64,000 nucleotides of DNA from the human T2T-CHM13v2.0 reference genome, Homo sapiens. Positions 50,701-62,857 of the stretch are shown one piece after another (within the stretch, counting starts at the first letter, position 1; each line of letters starts with the position of its first letter). The translations under genes and the position numbers were made by a program. The stretch is from the NCBI RefSeq assembly GCF_009914755.1, contig NC_060931.1; one strand, written 5' to 3'. The notes under the pieces were generated by a model. That model did no database searches. It worked only from the letters and a program-made list of their open reading frames with translations, and was not told where the DNA came from.

Positions 50701-53700
50701 ATTGTTACAGAATTAACAACTTTACAGAATTAACAACTCAAATAGTAATAAACAAGATTTGATAAACTCCAAAGAATTTTACTTTTTTAATTGAGAAAGT
50801 TGAAAGAGATAATAAATAAAGTCTCTTCTATTTTTAACATTTTATAATTCTGGAATAGTCCAAAGTTCTCATGAGTGCCTCTATCTTTTCTCCAGGTAAA
50901 TACTATTTCTATACTTGTCCATGGGATCCCATTCCACTCTCACAATGAGAAACTTAACAGAGCTACATGTTACTGAGACTGCTTTAAGTATTATTTTCCC
51001 AAGACAATACAAACCTGAGTCTGGCATCACTATTTTTGGCCTCATGACTATTATATGCCATTCCTGTAGGACTGCGATTAAGCATGAACCTTTCCAGCTG
51101 CCTTTATTTAATTATTTCTGGTTCCCAGGCAACTTGTTATTAGTCCATACTTCCTACTGTGCCCATGCTTCCACCTGTTCAACTCTGCCCTTTCCTCAGC
51201 TGGACACACCCTTTTCCCATTCTCTACCTAACAAACTCCTGCTCAGAATCCTAATTTCAAGGACTGGCACTGGACATTCTCTATTATTTTAGTTTGTGTT
51301 ATTCTTACTTAGGATTCTTAATACGAGCTCTCTAGACATGTAGGTCCTGAGATTTTCTCACTTGCTTTGCATTCCATTTGCTTAGAGGGTAGGGAAGGAC
51401 TATCTTATTAAGGGGGCAGATTCCTGGGCCCCACTCCTCCCATCCAATTCAGGCAGTCAGGGGCAATGCTGGAAATCTGCATTTAATACAAACATCCCAA
51501 GTATTCTGATAAAAATCATAGCCCATCCTTTCAGCAATACTGGAGGTTTAAATGAATGAGCTTCAGGGGTCTGTGAACCTCCAGAAATTCTTCAAAACAT
51601 TTTGTGGCTTTACATATATTTGTATTTTTCTAAGGAAAGGTTTCATAACTTCCAACAGATTATTAAAGGAGTCTGTGATAGAATTTTTTTAAAAGCAACA
51701 CTATATAATGTTAAATATTTACCATAAATATATATATTTGGCTTTGTTGAATAAAACTTTTTCCTTACTTAAAGGAAAAGAAAAAAGCATGAACTCAGAA
51801 ATATCAATATCCTTTTTATAAATAAATCAATTTTGATGACTTGGTAAACTATGAAGTAGTCATTATAGAAAATAAGAAAAAACATACGAAAGTGTAAATG
51901 AGAAGACAAATATTACCCAATAACCCAGAAGCAACCACTGCTAATGTTTTTTTGTTATAGTTTTCTTTAAGGTGTTATTACTGAGTCTAATATAAGCATT
52001 TTACTCTGTAAGACATTCTTCGGTATACAAAAAAAGATAAAAATGTTTAAATTGACTAAGGACAGTAGACACACAAACACACAAACTTGGATTACACACT
52101 TTAGGTTCTGGAATGCTAGTTTTAACCTAAAGTAAGCAGCACACATCTATAATGCTGGAGGAAAGGGTAGTCCCAAATTCCACCTGTCATTTGCATTTAA
52201 ACAGGAAAAGTACAAGACTAGTAGTTAGATAAATCTTGGTTCTGATCTCTCTTCCATCACTTCCTGCTTAAATAACTCCTGATAAGTCATTTAATATTAC
52301 TGGGCTTCTGATGATTGACCTCTTATAGAGATAATGGCACATAACACTTTTGAAGGCAGGATGCAGAAATTTATGATATCCTGAGGTCCATTAGATATAT
52401 GGATATACATATTCACAAACATACAATTATATGTATACATAGATACATATATATTTATATAAAATTATTATTATTCATGTTAGGCCATTGGAAAATGCAG
52501 GAGAGTATAAAGAAATAAAAATATCCTATATTCTTATAACTCAGAGGTAAAAGCTCTTATCCAGTGTGCTTTTTTAACACATAACAATTCAAGCTGCATC
52601 CATTTTGGCTTGGCATTGTCTTAGAGACACACAATGTATGTCTAATAAAATGATATGTGCCATATGTTGGATTTTTATTCAAAAGCAAATATTAATGCAA
52701 GGGATAGCATTGAGAACAGTGTAAGTAATGAAAAGATACATAAGTGCAGTACTTATATTTATACAAGCAGAATGTCAAATGCACTGTGTATAGAAGTTAC
52801 ATACTTGGACAGTTTATGATTATTTTTCACAGTATCCTTGCTTCACCATAAAATACAATGAAGTATACCTAAGGACTCTAACCTTCTATGAGTTGTAATA
52901 TCCATGGAAACACAAAACTGGAAAATTCAGAATTGTCTTATTGATTTGTATCTGTATTTAACATAATGCTGGGCAAGGAACAGTGTTCAATAAATACTTA
53001 TTTGTATAGCCTTTTACCTCTTTAACTAATCACACAACAGCTTCTATTAAACAAAAAGAAAAAGAAGTGAACCTTGTGCAATCCAAAGCAGAGTCCAAAG
53101 TAGTTAAAATGCTAAAAAGAAAACAATATTAGGCAGCCTGTGCTAAGTGTATCAAGTTGCCCAGGCACAGTTAACTGTCCTGGTTAGACAACTTCAGTTG
53201 CACAAGGCCTCAGGGTGAAACTGCAGCTGTGAAGAGGTCATAATGGTTGTGAAAAAGACAGGCAGTGGAAACGATCTTTGAGGAAACAGGTTGTGTAGTT
53301 GGCCTGGGTTGCTAGTGAAGGGCCAAGAAGAGGAAAAAAGGGAGAATAATAAGAAAGGTTTCTTAAGAGGGAATAACAGACCCAAGAGACGGTGGAACCC
53401 ACTTTGTTTTCTAAGGAATCCTACAAGTTTCCTGTGGTGGACTGTAAATCACACACTTGTCATGACTACTCCACTTTCTCATGGGATTTCTGCCCTGCAG
53501 GAGACAATGCCACACTGAACTCTGCTTGGAGATACCTTGTGAAGCTCACTGGGAGTTTCTGAGAGCTATAAAATAGGTAGGGATTCTGGAGAACAGAGAG
53601 CAATAATTTTATTTCCAAGAGAATGCTGAGGTCTAACTAGTAGGGTTTAAATGATTAGCCCAAGACCACATGTCTTTTAGCAACAGAATTAAGTTTCTAG

Positions 53701-54244
53701 ACCTCCCCTTCAGCACTGTATGTTACCGTGCCTCATCCAATTATCTGAATTGCAATGATCCTGCTAGGGAATCTTGAGGCTTATCAAGGTTGTTTTAAAT
53801 TTTATAAACAATGGTTTGTTATTTATTCCGGAATATTATAGGCTCATTTGGAAAATTCTATCTGGAAAAAAACGATGCCCCTAAAGCCTGAATGGTTTTA
53901 TATACCAAGATAAGACTGAGAGCCCAGAAGAGGTACAGGAAACACCTCAGACATTCTCAAAACTTTATACAAAATATATTTGCCTCAAAAAGCAAGGAGA
54001 TAATGCTGAATAAAAGTTGACACATTATTGTGTAAACACTAATATAACAATATCTTTAAGCTTCTTTAACAATCTTAGCGCTTCAACATTATTTTATTTT
54101 TATTGACCTAATAATAAGTCATTTGAAGTTTTGCATAAAGTTGCCAAGTTCCTATTTCTCAGGGAAAAACTTTCAGTAAGGAAGAGCCCTTAATTTCTTC
54201 TTTAGTACCTGCTTAAATTGAATGGTTCCTCAAACATTACTATT

Positions 54245-54571
<327 letters not shown>

Positions 54572-54628
54572 TAAGTGCATAATATTTAAAGTCATTCATA
54601 AAACTCACCCTCCTAAATATGGGAAAAG

Positions 54629-55907
54629 ACACATCACACAATCACCTTGCTGTTGATTACATGGTCTGGGGTCTCTGCCTTCTCCCCTTGCAACAGCCCT
54701 CTAGCCATGGGGGCTTGTTAAGAGTAGATGTGAAGGTTTCAGGTCGCAGCCTGTGGGACTACTGCTTAGTGTGTGGGGTGCTTTGCCTGCACCCATGGTT
54801 TCTTTAAGTCTTAAATGATGCCCGCTCCAAGCCATCATCCTAACCCCCACTCCTCCACTCCCGCCCTTGGCCAAAGCATAGATTGTAACCCCCTGCTACT
54901 CTCTGAGATTGGCCTTTGATGAGGAATTCAGGGCTTTCCCCATATCTTCTCTCCCCCACCTTTATCAAGGGGCGCTGCTTTTTCTTCCCTCCTTCTCAAG
55001 TGTCTTTTCGCACCATCACCAACCAACACCTTCCAAGACACTTCCTTGCTTTGGCCAGAAGCCATCAGGTAAGGTTGGAAAGAGTCTCTGACCTCCCTTG
55101 TTTAGTTTTAGAATCTCATTTACTCACTCTCCGCCAGCCTGGGAAATGACTTTGGGTCCTCAGCCCTGCCACTCTCTGCTGTCATCATCAGCTGATGCAT
55201 TGGTTTTAGCTCAGGTTTTGATAAGGTGAAGAGAATTGTTACCAGGGTTACTCAGACCTGCCAGCTCTCAGAGTCCTTGGTGGTTAAACCTGGAGAAAGA
55301 GCACATGAAGACACTTGAAAGCACATATGATCCCTCTGCATTGTTTCATTTTCTTGTAATTGCTTTCGCTTTTAAAAATTGAAGAAGTTTTAAGCAGGGC
55401 TCTCATTTGGTCATCCTTGCAATCCACTGGGGTCTAGTTTGGAATCTCACAACTGGAACAAAAAGAACCTTGGATCCAGTGCATGCCTTGGTTTTGGTGC
55501 TGCTCCTGCTTCTCAAGATCCTCAGCAGGGATTAAGAAAGAAATTGGGGTACACAGCAGATCCCTGAAATTGGCAGACTTGACCTCCTGGAAAAATTGCT
55601 GTGTTTTTCACTTTCTGTTCAGGACCACTACTAAATGCTGAAATGTGGATGCATACCAAACTAAAAGTGATTCGTTGTGTACTAAAGTTTTTTAAAATTA
55701 TTTGTGTAAAATCATCTTTTGAAGCAGAATCAAGTCTGAAAAGCAACTGATGTTTCCATTAATCTTTTTCTGGGGAAAACCTCAGTTCTAAGGATTTAGC
55801 ATCCTGTAAGTGAAGTTTAACATAACAGTATTCCATAAGCAGCCTTTTTATGGTCAGACCATTGCCTAATTTTAATATAATTTTAAAATGTGTGCATTAA
55901 TTAAAAA
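54629..55907 (+). pseudogene. 5'-truncated processed retrocopy of an mRNA 3'UTR (recalled as UBE2V1 3'UTR-like)
   Basis: 1.28-kb non-repeat block ending in a short A tract, flanked by the direct repeat ATGGGAAAAG (54619-54628 / 55908-55917), with old L1 sequence following. Parent identity is from memory only. Confidence 0.65.
55128..55289 (-). ncRNA. TP53TG1: TP53TG1 internal exon (162 nt, predicted)
   Basis: Minus strand: acceptor tctttctccag|GTTTAACC and donor GGCGGAGA|gtgagt; agrees with the recalled transcript. Confidence 0.72.
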
Positions 55908-56380
55908 ATGGGAAAAGGATCTTAATAAACATTTCTCCAAAGAGGATATATAAATGGCCAATAAGCACATGAAAAAATACTCAACACTCTTAGTCTTCAC
56001 AAAAAAATGTAAATCAAAACCACAAGACACCACTTCACATTCATTAGAGTGGCTGTATTTTTTTTAAAAGACAATAGCAAGGGCTGTTATATTGTTATTG
56101 TAACTAAAGGCACAGAGAAATTGAAACTCATATTGCTGGCAGATATGTAAAAACGGTACAGTTCCTTTGGAAATCAGTTTGACAGTTTTTGAAAATGTTA
56201 AACATAGAGTTAACATACGACCCCACAACTCCACTCCTAAAATACTAATTGAAAGCCTGTTCACACAAAGCTTGTACACAAATGTTTATAGTACCATTAT
56301 TTAAATAGACAAAAGGTAGAAACAACCCAAATGTCCATGAACTGATGAATGGACAAACAAAAAGTGGTTCATACATTCAT
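55908..56380 (+). mobile_element. Old L1M 3' fragment (resumes at ~56597-56720)
   Basis: AAATGGCCAATAAGCACATGAAAA...AAACAACCCAAATGTCCAT...GATGAATGGAC. Confidence 0.75.
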
Positions 56381-56396
56381 CAGTCAGTTGATGAAT

Positions 56397-57832
56397 CATG
56401 TTTAATGCCTGTTGGTAACACAGAATTTAGAGCCACTTTGCTTCACTCTTTTCCCAGTCTTGTTATTTATTTCAATGGAAACAAAATGTTCCTGTAAAGA
56501 TGCCTGGATTTTTGGATATAGAAAAAGTTGTGGGACTGAAAAAAATGAGTGGAACAGAGATTTGAGTATGTAGAAAATAATCTTTTTAAATATTTGAACC
56601 AAATGTTCTAAAATTAGCTTATGGTGACTGCATAACCCTGTGAATATAGTAAAACCATTGATTTGTGGACTTTAAATGGCCGAACTTTATGGTATGTAAA
56701 TTATATTTCAACAAAGATGTTAACAAAATTTTTAAATGTTATATTTTGTTTAGTAAGAAGGTATTTTTTTCTGAGATGCAAAAACATCATAGTTATCTTA
56801 ACTCTTCCCCTCAGATTTTGGTGGCAACTTTTCATGTACTGTAAATATCATCAAAAGCAACCCCAAATCAATGATTAGTACTAAAAAGAGACCTTTTGTA
56901 TCAAACACTGTTCATCTGCTGTTGGCAGTGGAGTTCATTTTTAATGCTACATTGCCCTCTTTGCGTCCAGTGTACTTTAATTTGCTGTTGGCTGCTTCCC
57001 AAAATGACCATATTTCTACTGCCCCCCCATTAAAAAGAAGAAACATCACAAAATTATTTCTTCAACATGTTCATTTTATACATCAGAATGAAAGGAGGTT
57101 ACAGGTCTCCCATAGATTAGGGCTATTTACCATATCTCCTTACTTATTAGAGTCACAAATCTTAGCAGGAAGCCAGTTATGCAGATTGAAACATGAACTT
57201 CTTAGTCTAGCATTTTAATACTTTTTAATGGTGAAATTTATCTAGACTTATCTATAAAGTCTTTTGCAATTTGTGGTATGCTGAGTAAGAACTACAGAAG
57301 AACAAAAATAAAAGATTTTTTTAATGGCAACTTAAAAAATTATCACCACTTGTACTACTTACAAATTTTCCTCCAAAAAGTTACTTTGACTCATAGTCAA
57401 TTTTTAATCTTGGAACAACTTCTTGCTATCACAAATACTTCAAGTGCCTAAAACATCTTCCTTACCAGCCAATATCTCCCGCTCCACTCTAAGAAATGCA
57501 AACTCGTTCAAGTTTAACCTGAATGCAACATAATTTGGAATCTTTCATTAAAATATATATCACACATTTTGAAGCCAAACATATTTTAAAATACCTGTTT
57601 TTGGTGATTTGGGGTACATATGCTTATCAGTATAACATATTTTAAAAGATTTTTTTCTACATACTCAAATCTGTGTTCCATTCATTTTTTCACTCCCACA
57701 CCTTTTTGTCTATCCGATAATTCAGGAATCTTTACAGAAACATCTTGTTTCCATTGAAATAAACAACAAGAGTAGGAAAAAGAGTGAAGCGAAATGGTTC
57801 TAAATTCTATGCACCAACAGGCATTAAACATG
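56397..57832. repeat. Inverted repeat pair with ~197-bp arms (56397-56594 and 57637-57832)
   Basis: CATGTTTAATGCCTGTTGGT...TTTGAGTATGTAGAAAA matches the reverse complement of the right arm, roughly 85-90% identical by eye. Confidence 0.9.
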
Positions 57833-58656
57833 CATAAACTTTTAAAGAGATGCCAAGACTCACTAAAAAGGAGAAAAAAAATACAACGAAGGTTTCTGAG
57901 TAGTTTTTAGTTACTCAATTTAAAAACTTTATCTTGTAAGCAAACTTTAACATCATCCAGAGCATCGCACTTATATATGAAAGAAAAAGTTCTTTATCAC
58001 ACCTTCAGAAATTACAACTACAAATTCCTAATCCCTTATTTAAAATCTTTTTGGCTAGATATGTTTCAAAATTCAGAACTTTTCTTAGAATAGTACGTCT
58101 GCCATATATTATGAAACACTTCCAGCAAGCTGTACTGTAATCAAACACAATATTTCTGTAGAAAACTTATGAATATTTACACAAAGGGAACATTCAGTTA
58201 CACATAGCCTCACTTCCCTTCAGGTCAAACTTTACTGCTAAAGGAGTTAGAAACGACAGACAAAGGAATGGGGCCTGTCATGACATGTTAATTTGAAATC
58301 TAAATCTTTATCTTTGATAACTAGTTCAGAGTCAGTGTAAACATTTGGTCTTTCCTTCCACAAAAAAATGAAACAGTGTATTTAAAATTAAAAATGAAAC
58401 AGTATATTTTATTTCAGAAGGTAAAAGCAAAATGAATTAATCTGTGAAACTAAGTCAATCACATTATGATCTTCTAGAACTTGGGTAGCTCCACTCTGGT
58501 TAAAGATTCCATTTCTTGGCACAACAGTAAAAGACATCAGATAGGCCCCCAAGCTTGCAGGGTAAGCATCCCTGGGGTATTCAAATAACTTGGGTAGCAA
58601 TGAAGAGCTGCAGAAGAGCAAGGAGACCCGAGATGATGTAGTGTGCTGCGGCATAC

Positions 58657-59150
58657 CTGAGTTGGGCAAACTCAGCCTCCGAAGATTAAAGGAAAGAGCC
58701 CAAGTAGGAATCTGTGTGATCACTGTTCTTTTGCCAAGACACGGGGTGGACAATAAGATTCCTTTACAAAGCACTGGTGTAAGTGTTCGCCTGGTGCTGC
58801 AAAAAGCGGCTCACTGGGAATGGGGAGGAGCGTGTGGTAAGCCAGACCTGCGGCGAGAAGTTGGGTGAAAATGGGTCTTAACCATCGCTTCCTGCATCTA
58901 TCCCAGAGGGTTGGGTACCTTCGTGGGCGGAGCGCGGCCTGCCCAGAGTGCCTTCTAGATCCTGGGTCAGGCGCCAAGCTCCCCAGCATCATGCAGGAAG
59001 CTGCAGCCCCGCAGAGTTAGGACAGCTCATTTGGCACCCGGCGAGCCCTTCCCAGGCCCGCAGCCCAGAATAGAGCCGGGGCCCAAGACGCCCACTGGAG
59101 ACAGGGTCGGGTCCCACTACCGCGCAGGCCCGGCTCGCCCCCGACGTCAG
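58657..59150 (-). ncRNA. TP53TG1: TP53TG1 exon 1 (TSS approximate)
   Basis: Divergent from CROT in the CpG island; donor CTCAG|gtatgc at 58657; contains the recognised 90-aa ORF. Confidence 0.78.
58720..58992 (-). other. TP53TG1: 90-aa ORF historically annotated as TP53-target gene 1 protein (translation doubtful)
   Basis: MMLGSLAPDPGSRRHSGQAALRPRRYPTLW...RVLAKEQ, recognised from memory. Confidence 0.6.
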
Positions 59151-59600
59151 GCACGGGGCGGGACCCTTGCAGCTGTCCGTCCAGTCCCGTTCCCCGGAAA
59201 GTGAGGGGCGGGACCCTCGCGGCTTTCTATCCAATCCTGTTCCCCGGCGAATGCGGGGCGGGACCCTAGCGGCCTTCAGTCCAATTCCCGCACCTTTGAG
59301 GCCCAAGGGGGAGCGAGCCGGTGCTGCTGCAGGCTGAGGCTGCGGCAGAGGCGGCGAGGCGCGGGCGGTGAGGACGGACAGGTCCGTTGAAGCAGCATTC
59401 CCTCCCTCCCCTAATCCTTCAACTCGGGGGCGGGGGAAAGTTAAGTCGTGCAGAACCGCAAAGGTGCCTGGATTTGGTGGGGGAGTAGTGTCATCAAGCA
59501 TCTCGCCTGCTGGGGTCTCAGGGGTACCCTCAAGGTTGGGCCGCGGGGCTGCTCCGTTGTAGTGCTTAGATTTCTCTCACTTGATGGCCTCTTGAGTGCA
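58830..59600. promoter_or_regulatory. CpG island / bidirectional promoter of CROT and TP53TG1
   Basis: High GC and CpG density; GGGGCGGG boxes at 59155, 59205 and 59255; CCAAT at 59231 and 59281; CRE-like CGACGTCA at 59142. Confidence 0.9.
59305..59381 (+). other. CROT: CROT non-coding exon 1 (start approximate)
   Basis: GC-rich leader ending GGACGGACAG|gtccgt. Confidence 0.65.
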
Positions 59601-59953
59601 GAGTTGCTCTTGGGTTGGTGGGAAGAGCCTCCGAGCTCTCATTGCCCTCTGCTCCTGCTTCTACCCCTTGCCACTCTGCGACGAACCTGTTACCCAGCCA
59701 CTGAAAACGTATCCTCTACCCTTTGAACCCGTCTAATGGAAGGTGTACTTGTCTGAAACCTACTTAATTGTATGATCATTTACTCCTGCTCTCTAGCAGG
59801 TGGACTATTTGCGTGTGTTTGCAGTGATTCACGAAAAGTTTGTCTTGGGAACTCCCAACTCCTAGTTTGTCTGCATTCCACCTTCTTTCACTAGCTTGTT
59901 CATTTCTTTTTCCCTCTTAAATATTTGTTAAGCTTGTTTCTTTCTTCCCACAG

Positions 59954-60044
59954 TCACCGACTTAGTCCAGTTCCCTGTGATCTCAAAACAATTGTTGCAG
60001 CAGGCTCCTGGCAGTCTCAAGCAGTTCATCTTCTTGGTGTACTG
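59954..60044 (+). other. CROT: CROT non-coding exon 2 (91 nt)
   Basis: Acceptor tttcttttcttcccacag|TCACC and donor GTACTG|gtatgt. Confidence 0.7.
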
Positions 60045-60373
60045 GTATGTGACAATTCCTTCACGTATTGTTCGTGGTTCTTTTCCACTTTCTGTGAATT
60101 CATATCTAATTGCCCCCAGAAAGTCAATTCTAATTAAATCTAGCATAATCATTTTCTTAGTGCTATTGGAACCATCTTATTTAACTTAATCTTTGTGGTT
60201 GAGAATTCAAGAAAACTCTTCAAGAAAGAATCCAATAATTTATATTTTTAATGTGTACCGGTTGGTGGGTTAAGCACTATAGTGGGTATGTAACTAATAC
60301 TCTTGCTTCCAGTTTTCTAGAGTCTATTAAGTGGCACAGAGGTAAACAGAATAGCTTATCTTCTCTGTATGTG

Positions 60374-60926
60374 TGTACTAGTCTTCTATTGCTGCCTTAA
60401 CCAATTACACAAATGCAACAATTAAAACAACACAAATGTATTATCTCATAGCTTCTGTAAATGTGAAGTTTGGGTGGGCTTAGCTGAGTACTTGGCTTAG
60501 AATTTCACAAAACCGAAACCAAGGTTTCTGTAGATTTGGATTCTTTTCTGGAGGCTCTAGGGGAGAATCCACCTCCAGGCTATTTCAGATTGTTGGTAGA
60601 ATTCACACTGACATTTCTATATCCTTACTGTTTGTCAGCCTGAGCCTCTTTCAGTTCTTTAAGGCCATCTGCATCTTCAAAGACACCACAAATCCTTCTC
60701 AAGCATTAAAGCAGTCTTACTTGTCTGCCACTGGCCAGAGAAAGCTCTTTGCTCTTATGGACTCAAGTGATTAGATTAGTTCCAATTCGATAATATCCCT
60801 ATTTTAAGGTCAGTTCTGTAGAGAATATCACAATCACAGGAGTAATGATCTCACCATATTCGCAGGTTCTGGGGATTAGCAGGGGTGGAATCTTGGGGGC
60901 CATTCATAGTAATTGTGCCTACCACA
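60374..60926 (-). mobile_element. Old MLT1-type LTR
   Basis: TGTACTAGT...ATTGCTGCC.TAAC start and GCCTACCACA end. Confidence 0.6.
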
Positions 60927-62682
60927 ATATGGTGGTTTCAGGCAGGATTATTTTGTTTTTATAATGTGCTTTCACAGGCATTGAAAACAAATTCTGACTT
61001 TATTGAATTGTATGATTAACCACTCTAAGATAAGGAAATTCACTTAAAGTTGGTTGCCCTAGGGGCACATGGCTAGAAAGTGGCAGAGTCTGTACTTGGA
61101 TCCAGATCTACATTTCCATTAGGTACAAACCCATTTTTATGGATGGTCAAAATGGTGTGCAGCCAAAGTCAATAGATAGAAAGAAGCTAAAGAACTTTGA
61201 GTTAATTATTATTTCTCATTTTCAAATTATCTCTTTATATTAGTGGTACAGGCTAAGCTCTTCTCCCTACAATAGAAAGCCCAAAATACAATGGTATGAA
61301 TAAAATAGAAGTTTTTTTTTTTCCATACATCTAGAGGTAGGAGTCCAGGACTAGTAGGGAGATTCTGCAATCCTGCATATATGACTTCCATAAATGAGGC
61401 CATGGTGCTGTTTAGTTCGTCACTACCTAGCAGGTAGTAAAAAGGAGGGAAAGTGCAGGGAGAACACATGCATTCCTTTTTGGGAGCATGACCTGGAAGT
61501 GACACACACAAGGTCATCACAAAGCCACACTGAGCTCCAAGAGAGGGTAGGAAAGATAAAACTGGGGGCTGTATGCACAGCTACAACTCAGGATTCTGTT
61601 AAAGCAGAGGAAAACAGGTATTAGCTGAAAATAGTCTCTTCTGTGTCCATGTTTTTGATAGTGTTCGATTCTGTAACCTATGAGTGGAATACTTTGTTTA
61701 GCGTTGCTATCAGTTTTAAAAAATAGTTTTTGAGAGAATAGGAAGTTCAAATTCAATATTAACGTTCTTTGATTTCTCAGTTGCTATTTTAACATATAAT
61801 TACATTTAATATATTACATTATTTAATATAATTAATATATGATAATTTACAAAGGCTTTGAGAAACCTCATTTTTTATTTAGCATTTGTATACCTTATTC
61901 ACATTTTGAGTTAGATTTCTTTGATAGCAATTAATACACGTGTCAATATGTTCAAGATTGCTTTGGAACACTTGAGACCATTCTGTGTAGACCTCATACG
62001 ACCTGTGCAATTAAAGCAGCTTGTCATATGATTTATGTATTCTATAATAATCTTTAATTCTACAGTTGGACACTTCCACACCTCTTTGTACTTTGTGCTC
62101 CAAAGTTTTCTATATCAATGCAATATCAACACATAATCCTTTTCTATACATCAAATACTATCTACCCACTAAGATTTACTGCAGGTTCCCTTACCTTCTA
62201 TCATGTTGTTTTGTATAGGGGAAAGATTGTAGTCTTAACAGATCTGGGTTTGGGTCCTGTGTTTGACATTAGGTAAGTTACTAAATTTCTGAGTTTTGAT
62301 ATATTCATATGTAAAATTGCAAAGAATGCCACCTTTCAGAGATAACATAAAAGTTAGAGAGCTAACACATGTTTTCTGTAATGCAAACTGGAGTACCTGG
62401 CAAATGCTAGGTGTTCAATAAATGGTAACTAATTATACCAGTCCCACTGATCACTCTTTACTTCTAGCACTTTGTGTCTACACATTCTTTTTAAGTTGGT
62501 TTTCTCTATCTGACAGATTTATAAATTTCATAAAAGCTGGTACCAAGTCCTAGATATGCTGTGGTCCCTAAATACTGGTTTAGTGAATTGTGAATTGTAC
62601 CTAGGATACGTAACACTATCTATGAGATTGAAGTTGTGAGGGCTATCTCTCTTTTCTTTAGGTTTCCTATTGTGATTTTATC

Positions 62683-62797
62683 ATGGAAAATCAATTGGCT
62701 AAATCAACTGAAGAACGAACATTTCAGTACCAGGATTCTCTTCCATCACTGCCTGTTCCTTCACTTGAAGAATCATTAAAAAAATACCTTGAATCAG
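62683..62797 (+). CDS. CROT: Peroxisomal carnitine O-octanoyltransferase, first coding exon (exon 62662-62797; CDS continues beyond the window)
   Basis: Translates MENQLAKSTEERTFQYQDSLPSLPVPSLEESLKKYLES, containing the carnitine acyltransferase LPxLPVPxL signature. Acceptor cttttctttag, Kozak ATCATGG, donor CAG|gtatgt (phase 1). Too short for the ORF track. Confidence 0.96.
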
Positions 62798-62857
62798 GTA
62801 TGTTAATAATCTTTTAGTATATATTAATATTATTAGTAACTTAGAAAACTGTGATAC

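Noticed and set aside
53079-53104. Repeated TCCAAAG resembling an HNF4/DR1 site
   Set aside because: Partial match only; expected by chance in 64 kb.
58989-59501. 170-aa minus-strand ORF across the CpG island
   Set aside because: It begins upstream of the inferred TP53TG1 TSS, lacks an ATG start, and is typical of GC-rich open frames.
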